A DNA stretch of 64,000 bases from Tubulanus polymorphus (GCF_964204645.1 NC_134034.1:8320962-8384961), one strand, 5' to 3'; shown: positions 27,969 to 39,180, counted from the first letter of the stretch. The notes: a model not told the origin generated them from the letters alone. Translations and numbers: made by a program.

Positions 27969-29482
27969 AGTAATTGTATAAGTCTTGTTCTAGATCAAAG
28001 GTCGAAAGGTCGAACTCATAAATAATAAAAGTTTTATTCTTCACTCACTCAACCTTTCAACCTTTGATCTAGAACAAGACTTATACAATTACTCTAATAA
28101 TTCCATATATATGAATAACATATAAATGAATATCATATATATGAAAATCAATTTTTATAAAAATAAAAGTGTGAGTTGTGTGTTAGCATAATAACATATC
28201 AATGAATATCATATTTATGAATAATATTTAAATGAAATCAATTGTAATGAAAAATATGTATAATAAATGGAGAGAAAACAAATACATAGTGAATTCTTAA
28301 ATAGAATTAAATATACTAGAAATGTAAAATCTGTAGATTATAAATTCAAATAGTTAACGGAATTAACTTTACATAAGAAATATGTAATTACAAATATTGA
28401 AACAATCACTAATAGATATGGTAATAAATTAGTTATTCACTTTGAATATGAAGGATTAAAAGGAAATGAATGTACACATATTCATATTCATATTAATATA
28501 TAAATATAAGAGACGTATTCATATTAATATATAAAATAAATAAGAGACTCATGTTCATATCAATATGAATAATCATTTTTATTTAAAAGAAATAAGAGAC
28601 ATATTCATATGCAATATCTATTTTTATATTAAAGAAATGAGAGACATAATCATATTAATAAAAAATTTCTAAAAATACTCTTATTTCTTTTTTGTATTAA
28701 TATGAATATGAATATGTGGCTCTTTTATTTTATATAAAATGCATATGAATATGAATATGTGTCTCTCATTTCTTTTGTATAAAAATAAATAATAATATGA
28801 ACGCGAGTCTGTTAATTTTTTTTGATAAAAATAAATATCAATATGAATATGTCTCTTAACTATTTTCTATATCAATATGAATATGAATATTAATATGAAT
28901 ATGAACATGAGTCTCTTATTTAATATATTTATTAATATAAAAATATGAATATGAATATGAATATGTGTATATTTATTTCCTTTCAATCCTTCATATTCTA
29001 AGTGAAAAACTAAAATGATTACCGTATGTATTAGTGATTGTTTCAATATTTGTAATTAAATATTTCTTATGTAAAGTTGATTTTGTTAACTTTTTGAATT
29101 AAAATCTACAGATTTAACTCGTGTGGTAAGAATTCACTGTGTATTTGTTCACTCTCCATTTATTATACATACTTTTTATTAAAATTGATTTCAATAATAT
29201 ATCATTCCTAAATATGATATTCATTGATATGTTATTATGCTAACACTTTACTCACACTTTCATTTGTTTTTAAATTGATTTTCATATATACGATATTCAT
29301 TTATATGTTATTCATATATATGTAATTATCAGAGTAATTGTATAAGTCTTGTTCTAGCTCAAAGTTCGAAAGTTCGAGTGAGTAAAAAATAAAAATAAAT
29401 TCGAGCGTGCGAGATTGTATTTTTATTTTTTATGAGCTCGACCTTTCGACCTTTGATATAGAACAAGACTTATTCAGTTACT
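27969..29482. mobile_element. 1.5-kb AT-rich foldback element whose two ends are themselves hairpins
   Basis: The left half is the imperfect reverse complement of the right half. AGTAATTGTATAAGTCTTGTTCTAG..CAAAG occurs four times in alternating orientation (27969, ~28093 reverse, 29333, ~29482 reverse). Confidence 0.85.
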
Positions 29483-30525
29483 AACGGCGTCAAAAAGTAA
29501 CCTCGATAGAGCCTACCCTCTGTTAGACAAACACCGACCAGTAAGGCCTATACTTAGTGCGAGCAATCCAAGATGGCGTATTATTCAAAAAGAGCAGCAA
29601 TTTTTAAGCGTCGTAGTGATCGAAATGATAATTGTGATATCTGACGCTGCCAATCCCCCCTCCGATAGGCTACAGCGCAACAAATAATGACATTAGTGAA
29701 GTAAACAAGCCTTAAATGTGCTGGTAACCCAAGAAATGAATATAAAGTTTCTTAATTTCTAGAAAAACCGGTGATTGTGCACTTTCGTACCCCACGTTAA
29801 AATTCCCAATTTTGCCAAAACATACCCTTGTATTCACGATTACATGTGTTCAGCGGTCCGTAGGGAGTGGTAGGTGCTAGTCCAGAGGTCAAGTTGTATA
29901 AGTGATGTTGACTTCATTTCTACAATGTAATGATATTTTCGTCGTCTGATGAAGAAGATGGAGTCACCCGGAGCCAGCCGCACGTTTCTCAATTCAATCT
30001 CAATGATATTGTTTCAATATCAATGTATTTGTTCAGCCGCCTAGTATGAATGTTGAGAACGATAAAGTAATTATTCGACTTGGAAAAATGTAAAGATTAA
30101 AACAATTAGATCCGCTGTTCACCAGCCTGAGATACGTTACGCCGATGTGAATTTTGAATGTGAACGCAATGCTGTCAATGTTGGAGTCAAATAATGAAAT
30201 ATTTAGCAAACGTGTATTAGGTATACTGTCGCTTTCTTTTGAATGAAGTTACCTTATCATAAAAAGAGGACTCAAAGCAAACGAAACTGAACGTAATGAA
30301 AAACGTGAAATGGTCGCGATATCACTGTATGACACTGAAGAAAGCTCGCAGGGAATGCACATAAAAGACTGCAGTAATTAATTCAGCCGTTTGCCTCGGT
30401 GTGAGTTATGGAATGATAACTTAAAACGCCATGTAAACAATGCAACTAAAATTGCATGAAGTGTTGCGTATTGTTGGCCCGCCGGTGAAATAAAAAAAGT
30501 ATTTACATTCTGTAATGAAACGACA

Positions 30526-30817
30526 CAGGCGCGGATCCAGACTATCGTATCTGTAGCACGTGCTGTAGTCGCAGTTTGCAAATGCCGTTTAAAAATTTTT
30601 GTTTCGGGAAAAACGTAAATAAAAGGGCAAATTTCGCCAAAAATCTAAAAAAGGCACACGCAAATTGAATGTGAAGGCAAATGAAGTGGCGCGATAGCTA
30701 TAAATGGCACTAAAACTCACTCGCTAGGCATTAATACTGGCCCTTTTCAAAGTTGGTGACCTTTTTCACTGTACTGTAGTCTTTGAATGGCTTTGAATGG
30801 CCCTGGATCCGCGCCTG
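30526..30817. mobile_element. MITE with CAGGCGCGGATCCAG terminal inverted repeats (hAT-like ends)
   Basis: Perfect 15-bp TIRs, CAGGCGCGGATCCAG ... CTGGATCCGCGCCTG. No clean 8-bp TSD. Confidence 0.8.
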
Positions 30818-31099
30818 TGACAATAAGACGTATCGTGGAACGTAATGACAAGAGGAAAATCAATATGACGACCGTTCAATACTTACATAAAATAGTAAAA
30901 GTCCGTCTTCTGTATATCGTTGACATTTAATAATTAATTATGAAATCCGTGTAATGATTATGGTCGGAGAATAATCTTCATACAAGATACATTATAATGA
31001 AGTTGTGTTGTCGAAATAGATCCCGAAAATGAATTTCATATAGATTATTGTTTGTCCGATTGACGTAATCGTGTATAGATTCCACAGTAATGTTTGATA

Positions 31100-32143
31100 T
31101 CAGGGTAGAGGATATTGTTCGATAATGTGATTGATGATGTTATGGAAAGCACTGTGTCCAAATCGTTGTCTCCACATGAACTCCTGCAAATAGGTATTCA
31201 ACAAAGGACCCGTTTTTAATGTGCCGTTCATCCTCTTAAATTTTCGTTTAGCATCGCTCCACGTTCCTTCAATTGTATTAGTGTGGACGTTACGGTCATT
31301 TAGATCAACGAACTCCAACGCGTGGTTTATCGTTCGGTGGCGGTATCCGAGAGCCTGTAGTTGATTATAGGCCTGCCACTCATCCGTAATAACCGTCGTT
31401 CCTGGCGCAACCCACGCTTGTATAATAGGGAGCATTATGTCGGCATCGCGTCGAACAACAGGTACCATGAAAGTATCTCCCGTTTCTCTGCACACTCCCC
31501 CGATAACCCACTTACCATCGATAATGCGGCCTCTATTGTTTTTCATGTGACCGAATTTACTTTCATCGATTTCAACGACAGTGCCGGGTCCCCCGATAAC
31601 CCGCGCATGGTCGATCAGGTATTGAGCGCAGACGTCTCTGAGAAAATTGTTCCAATCCACCACCGTGTGCTGACTGCCGATGCGCAACTCATTCTTAACT
31701 TGTTTAGTGGTCATGTTACCGAGAGACCACCAGTATACAAACTGCATCAATGTATCCAATGAGAGATGACTTCTCACGAAAAATGACCCCTCACGAAGTG
31801 CCTTTTTTCGGCGGCAATGTCGGTTTGGGCATCTCCAAGTCCAACCATCAGCTGTTCTACCGTCTCGTTGCCAAATCATATCGACCGCTCCGGGGCACGC
31901 ATCGCAATATCTATTTCGTGCAAGGAGACGTATATCTTTCATCCATTCGATCGTTCTATCTCGGGTTCTTGTCAGTCTATGGACATCATTTAAGCGTGTG
32001 TCATTTAGATTTACTACAGCTTGTAGTATAGCCTGAGCCATTGCGCAGTTGTGTATCTGCAAACGAAGTTGAAAATGCGGTGCAAGTCGGGCGAAACCCA
32101 GGTCATTACTTAGTATAATCGTGTCGTTCTGATAAGCCATCAT
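31100..32143 (-). mobile_element. Merlin/IS1595(IS1016)-family DDE transposase, intact intronless ORF (probable start 32041, MAQAIL)
   Basis: Zn-ribbon C..C/WRC...C, SFFVRSHL, VVDWNNFLRDVC, IGGPGTVVEIDESKF, KWVIGG, PGTTVITDEWQAY, HRTINH, VHTNTIEGTW and YLQEFMWR. TIRs were not identified. Confidence 0.92.
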
Positions 32144-34468
32144 CTGTTTATCGGTACACGCCGGCTTTGAACGTTACGTAAGTAGTTTCGGTAAACGTCA
32201 CTGGTTGTCATCGGTAATTCTAATGTGTTGATTGACGCCTTTCCTCGTTGGCTCCAAGGACTATAGCAACAGCTCATATGCGTTCATACGCGAGTAGGTA
32301 CGGCCTTATCACCTGTCGGCATCTCGGTGAAAGATGAAACACTTACTGCGCAATCGAGGTCAGCTGTACCGATTTGTATCGTTCCCGTTGTGTGAAATGC
32401 CTGAGAACGTTACACAACTTACACCGTGGATGTAAAAACTAGTCAAACACATTCATTGCAGTGCTTACACAATAGCGCAACACAACAACTTACTCATTGC
32501 GATACGAATAAGAGTCTTGTTTATATATGTCCAAATTTTGAACCAAATCATCATGGGTGGGCACGAATCTTGTTGAAACAAACAGTATTTCGACAGTGCA
32601 TACCGGCAAATGATCGACTATTCGCATGTTCACGAAATACGAAAGTGCACGAACGTTCGTTTCGATGGTGAATGGATTTTTTGCGATATCTCATTAAGAC
32701 AGACACAAAATAACCCTTCAAACAGAATGTTCATTTACGCGAGTTTATGGCAGGGTTATGGCAGGGTTACGATTCGTGCGGCCCACCAAACAGTATATTT
32801 ATTGAAGATACTAAACTGTTGATGTATAATTTCACAGAAGAGAAATCGTTATGGAAAGACTAAGACGATACGTGGGAATGTCGTATTTCAAACGAGCCGC
32901 AAATATTACACTATAAAATGTCAGATGTAGATTAGGTCGACTGTTTCGATAGACAAAATGTAACCAATTGGCGGATAGGACGACGGGCTTTTAGCTGATT
33001 TACCGGTGGAAAATGTGTTCGAAGTAACATTTTAACAAAAGTTTACCACTACGTATACTGCGGCAACAACGTTGGGTATAATAAAGCTAAATTGAATTGA
33101 CGCATGTAGGCTGGCTCCAACGCTTTCGTCTTCTGACAAGCTGCATTTGACCGTAACCTCCGTAGAAGACAGGCATTGATTATCCATTTAAGACATCATC
33201 TTGACACGAAAAACGTAACATATTGGTCGATGTAGTGGTGTCCCGTGAGATATGTATATGCATTGTCAATTTACATTACGTATGTACCACGTTAATCGCT
33301 ATGAGGGCCTATGGTATATCAGTTTAGGCGAGATAATGTATGGGTACAAAAATGCACAATCACCAAGTTTTTTTTTCGGCCCCCGCGGCCCTGCAACGAA
33401 AGTCGTATAATATGCCTGCTTTCGAAATTACGTATATCGACATCGTTTTTAGCACGATTGCCTCCACCCACATCGTACAGCTATTCAAGACGTGTACGAC
33501 ATCATCATCGGCAGTACCGTCCTATATACTAGAAAGTAGTTACGCGCATATTTATACATAATTTCTATTGTAGATGTAAATGCGGGATTAAATCAGAACT
33601 AAATTTAAAGCTGAGGTATTCAACGAGACTCCAGTAGACAGGAAACCGGCAAGGCAGCCATTTTTCTTTTCTATCAAAATGATTTAACCTGGTAGAAGTC
33701 ATCTGCATCTATATTCTACTGTAACTCTTTCGGCAACCACATACAATGTCCTTGGACGATTTGTGGATAATTTGTCATGTTATTTTGTATGATTATGTAT
33801 ACAGAATGTCAGATCTATATATGGTTAAAAAAAAACAAACAACATCATCGGCACCAGTAGATTGTGTCAATCGCCGAGCGAGATCTCCAGGGCTAGTTTA
33901 TTTAGTACACCGATTTAGTCCCTTTTTTCGTTGTGTGAATGATGGCGGGTTCGCATCGCACGCGCGCGGCACCGGTATATTGCGCGATTCCCGGCGTAAC
34001 CGCGCCATCGTGGGACGCACCGACAATACGTGCATGCAGTGCGGATAGCTATTTATTCATTTATTTACTACAGGATAGCAAATAGCTCGAAACTTCTATC
34101 AAAAACTTTCTTTCATAAAACACGATCATGCATCGTTTTGCGGCCCTGCAACGAAAGTCGTATATATGCCTTTCGAACTTACGTATCGACATCCTAACCC
34201 TAACCCCAACCCTAACAGCGAGTTAATGTAAATCCATGCAATGATCTTAAAAAAAAATCACACACATTATACAATCAGCTATTATCTTAGAACATCCCAA
34301 TGCTGTGAATGTCTACGCTTAGATTGATATCAGTTAATTGCAGACATGTTACGTGTGTGGTGGCGATTCGATGGTATTTTGAATAGAGAGTGCGGTTTTA
34401 AGGACGAGGACATCATTAATTTTGAGGACATCGAGATTTTTGGAGTATAGTGCGTCGGTGTGTGAGCA

Positions 34469-35185
34469 GGTTAGCGGTAATAATCCCCTAGGTCAAAAAA
34501 GCCCATCGGTAAAAATCCCCAATACTTCCAAAAGTAGGTACAAATCCCCCTCTTTTTGAATGGAGTGTAACGTCAATTAATTTCATATTAATATATCATA
34601 TATCGCCGTTGAACTCAATAAGGATATATCATGACCAAACAAACTATATAGTATACACTATTTGCGCATTATAACATACTAAAAATTAACAGTAGTTCAT
34701 TAGTACTAAATTCGCACTTAAAGTTAACGCGCGCAGCTTAATGAAAGGGTTCATTGCACATTTCAAATATATCACACTAGCATGAATCTTATGACATTTC
34801 ATTTTGAAAGTTCATTACTTCTGATCATTCATTCATGGCATCGCACAGCTGAAATATACCACGAGTTATCAAGCGTCCACAGTTCAAAACTAATCCAGTT
34901 CGAATTGTAAGATATATTGCATTTAAAAAGTTCATCATTGTCATTAGTTATTACAAGTTGTTTCCTTCTAAACAGTTTACTAAATAAGAATTTATCGACG
35001 GCTGTGCAAACATAATTCAGTCTCAATTGCGAATGAATACGCTGCAAAAGCACCATCTTGCTTTGAAATGTTCCTGAAAATCACCAAGTCGGCGTTTTAC
35101 CTACTTTTGAATATTCGGGGATTTTTACCTATAGGGTATTTTTTTCCTGGTTTTTGTTTTGTTTTGTTTTGTTTTACCTACAACC
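34469..35185. mobile_element. Decayed MITE fixed in every histone repeat unit (copies at +10205 and +20414)
   Basis: Left end GGTTAGCGGTAA...GGTAAAAATCCCC..AAAAGTAGGTA is inverted relative to right end TACCTACTTTT..GGGGATTTTTACC...TTACCTACAACC. Possible decayed 9-bp TSD GTGTGAGCA/GGGTGAGGG. Confidence 0.65.
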
Positions 35186-35212
35186 GGGTGAGGGCAGTGT
35201 GTGATTACAGTT

Positions 35213-35797
35213 GGTCGAATATGCAATTTTTGTCGGAAATGAGCTGAACATAGTACCATAAAAATCGAAATTTTTTGAAGTTTTATGTCTGAAAGTCTGG
35301 TATTGATTGGACTGCTAATTACTTAAATACTCTCTGTAATTGATTACTTAATATGGGTTTTCTTCCTTTTTTATTTTTGGCAAACCGTCGAATATCCATA
35401 AATATCCATATATGGGCATGTATATCCGTCGAATATGGAGAATGAATTGAATTATTACACAGCGAACCGTCGAATATGCGTCGAATATGGAACATTATTT
35501 ATATGATTATTTTTGGTGAACCGTCGAATATGCGTTGAATATGGTCACTCCATCTGAAATGGTTTTTCCGGACCCCGTCGAATACGGTGACCCCTTTTTT
35601 CAGTTCAAAAATGTTGGTAACTATCAGTGATTTTCGGTATTAGCTTGTTTGATACGCTAATACAGTATCTAAATCAACTTATTGTGACTTAATATCCGAG
35701 ATAAATGAATCTGATATCGGAAACGAGAGTGACAAAAAAGTTCAAAATTTCAAATTGATTTTTCTCAGTTTCGATAAAAGTGCATATTCGACGGTTC
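35213..35797. mobile_element. Second MITE-like relic with CCGTCGAATAT subrepeats, upstream of H4 in each unit
   Basis: GTCGAATATGCAATTTTTGTCGGAAATGAG is inverted relative to CTCAGTTTCGATAAAAGTGCATATTCGAC. At least six internal CGTCGAATA copies. Confidence 0.6.
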
Positions 35798-36048
35798 GCC
35801 AGAAACCCAGCGAATTTCTCAAAGCACTACGGCATAGGAACGACACCGACAGGGATACGGTGGCCGAGTCGCGCGAAGCACTGCCGACATAGGCGACCTA
35901 TGCAGCTTGTGCTTTGAATGACATAGAGAGCGTAGTGTCGGAGCGGCGGACCCTATGCAGCCTGTGCTTCGAACGGCATAGTACGCGTAATGCTTCGGCG
36001 ATGTACGAGTGCATAGGAGGGCTATGCACGACACTACATACGGCGTCG

Positions 36049-36086
36049 TATAAAGCGCATCGGCGCTCGGGTCGGGCTATCATTCG
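36049..36086 (+). promoter_or_regulatory. H4 TATA box (TATAAAG) and histone cap motif TCATTCG
   Basis: TATAAAG at 36049 and YCATTCR at 36080-36086, about 31 nt downstream. Confidence 0.7.
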
Positions 36087-36108
36087 TACATTCGACTCGT
36101 CGTTGTGA

Positions 36109-36468
<360 letters not shown>

Positions 36469-36525
36469 GCAGCTCAGCCCAGCGCGCAGCGGTCGCGGCC
36501 GCGGCGCCTGAGAAAACAACAACAC

Positions 36526-36603
36526 GGTCCTTATCAGGACCACTTCAACTTCCCAGAAAGAGCCAGTGGTAGTGCGCTGACCCGGTGCCTCGCTTTTTGC
36601 TTC
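36526..36603 (+). promoter_or_regulatory. H4 3' processing signal: stem-loop, HDE and second downstream motif
   Basis: GGTCCT-TATC-AGGACC at 36526-36541, CCCAGAAAGAGCC at 36552-36564 and GCCTCGCTTTTTGCTTC at 36587-36603. Stem-loop copies at 46731 and 56940. Confidence 0.92.
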
Positions 36604-39058
36604 ACACCCTCGCCCATATGTTATTAACGTAACGTGCCCTTGTTGTCGGTGTATGTCGGACACGATGGCTAAACGGTCCGAATTAATTTCGAGGGATTAA
36701 TCACGCGTACATCATACGTACGTACATACACATACACATACACACACACATAGGTACACGGATAATAGTAATTTTAATGTTGATTGATAAATACGTAATT
36801 GCGTTTGTTTTCGGTGTTTTGTTGAAGTTTTTTTTCGGCCCCCGCTTTTCGCGGGTGCGATCGATTGATCGTTAATGACTTTGATTTTGGGTGGGGCGAT
36901 GAAAAAAAGCCAGTGCAGAAGGAATTGTAGTACGCATGTATGGTTTCGCAAACACGAGTACTTCCGAATATATAGGACATCATTCGGGGTATTTTACATA
37001 TCGAAGCACTTTACTTTCTACAGGCGATTGAAATTAAAAATCGAATCAGTTATTTAGGGCCTATGCGAGGGGAAAACACACGCCGGGCGATTAGATTCGA
37101 GCTGGACAATTGAAAGTTGGCGCGCATAAATGAATATAGGCCTACGTACGTACACACGGTACCTCAACTCGGTCTTAATACGTGCCGCCGCCGCCGCCGG
37201 TAGAAGGAACCATCGTTTTTATATCCGTTCTTTTTTTGTAACGCGTCTGGCGCTGTATTGATTGTCACCATCGAAAAACGACTAAGCTTCGTCGTCAACC
37301 GACCGATTTGGGTCGTCGTCCGAGATAAAATAAGAAAGAATCCGATCCATTGCACGAAGTATGTATCGTAGACCTATAGACCTATAGCTAACGATAGTGC
37401 AGTGGTCTCTTTAGTTTCTCTTGTAACGTAATCGCGCGCGACGGCGAGCCGAGTCTCATTTCGTCGTAAATGGCGATGGCATTATTTTATGTAATTCTAT
37501 GTAAACGGCCTTATTTCTATGTAGCTAGCTGCCTGCCTGCCGCGGCTTATTGCGGCTCGGGGGTGGGTGTGGTTACTGCGAGGCCGGTCGCACGAACGAC
37601 TCGGATCTGCTGCGTGCAGTACGCTTTGATCGTGATTTTTCGAGATCAGCTTTGAAGCTTATAGAACTTCATCGTCTCCGTGTATGTATATATATGTATA
37701 CGGGATTTTTCCGATTACATGCTTTCCATTAGTTCGATCGCTCGCGCCGCCGCGTGTCTGCTCTGGGGAGTGTGGAATGACCTATCTTTTCTCGGGGAGA
37801 AAAATATACGTCAAACCATGGCCACAGCTAGCTAAATGATCGATAAGGCCTAAATACCTAAGGCACTTTTTTCAACGGCGATGATGGCATTGATTTATAA
37901 AACACCGGCCAGCTTCAAAAATGTAATTGACAATAGAGATAAACTAGAGTGGCCAATGACAACGTAATGATGAAACCATTCCGCAACGTTGTTGCCGGCG
38001 GCCCCCGCCGTTTTGTTAAGTTACTTCATGCGAATTGTTCGGCGCGCCGATGACGATTATATCGACGACGACGACGACGATGATGTATATAGGTTCATCC
38101 GTATTTTACGCCGCCGTTTTTAAAACACCATACATATTCATTCGTGTGCATGGTTGGGATGCGCGCGTTTAATCGCATTTCATCGATCCTGTCTGCATCG
38201 CGCGCGGCGGATAGATTTTTGTTCGTTTGTCAACAACTCTGATTACAAACGTTCATACCGTGTCAACAAGAGTTTTCAGTTAGGCCTACAACAACGTACG
38301 CGTACGTGTGCAAATTTCGTTTCTCGCATTTATTAATGAGCAGTAATTGACTATACGACACGACGCCGCAGTTGTACGTCGATTAGTCGCGCGTCGAATA
38401 TTATGAGAAAAAAACAATTCGAAGTTTTGAACATTTTTGTCGCCCCTCTCTTTTTTAATTCATTTGTTTATTTCCTGAATATATGATATATAAACTGATG
38501 CAAAATAACAGCAGGGTAACACGCATTTTCCGACACATATCAGGTAGGTCCATTTAGCGTGGAAGTTAAGCAACGGTGGCCTGCCTGTCTGACTTGGGTA
38601 CCTTATTAGGTTTTTGCCTTCAACGCTATCCGATATTGACACTGCTACAATACATGCGATTTTACTGATTGCTTTCGAATTAATAAACCTATATTCATTT
38701 ATTTATTTATTCGCTTATTTACTTATTTATCCGTTGAGAAATAATTCCTCATAATTTAGGCCCTAATTCGCTTACGTAATTGCGACTGCGCGGGTTCAAA
38801 TTGGCCGTTGATTAATTCAGTTTAGCGCGAAGATATGTGATCATATCATCGTTTCTATGACAGACATCGGTGTGTAATAATAGGGATGGGAGATGATAGC
38901 CTATGGCATGGCATGTGAGCAAAAAACGATCACGGATATCGGCGTACATCGCTGTGGTGAGGGAAGGCAGTGTATTTATTTACATCGAACGAAACGCGTC
39001 GATCGCGGCCGCCGGCTGCTCCCGGCGCTTCACTTCCTTTATTCAAATAGCCGGCCGA

Positions 39059-39123
39059 CCAATCGGCGCCCGACTATGCGAGCCAATCGCGTTCGCGCAG
39101 CGCGCCGACCGAGCGTCGATAAA
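39059..39123 (+). promoter_or_regulatory. H3 promoter: two CCAAT boxes and a GATAAA TATA variant
   Basis: CCAATC at 39059 and ~39083, GATAAA at 39118. Confidence 0.55.
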
Positions 39124-39180
39124 CCGGCCGGCGACACTATAGTCGTACTATTGTAACGTTACATCGTTCGCTCTAGTTGA

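Noticed and set aside
29571-29580. YY1-like CAAGATGGCG motif suggesting a promoter
   Set aside because: An isolated motif with no downstream exon structure that I could support.
29944-29990. CTGATGAAG hammerhead-like start
   Set aside because: The GAAA core is missing (CGCAC) and stem II is weak. At best a dead Penelope relic.
32610-32822. RFDGEWIF peptide resembling the Merlin DGKWV motif
   Set aside because: A single short motif with no DES or TD motifs in neighbouring frames that I could trace.
35380-35590. Repeated CCGTCGAATAT motifs with variable spacers, superficially CRISPR-like
   Set aside because: Repeats are only ~11 nt with irregular spacing, in a eukaryotic context with no cas genes. 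They fit MITE subterminal repeats.
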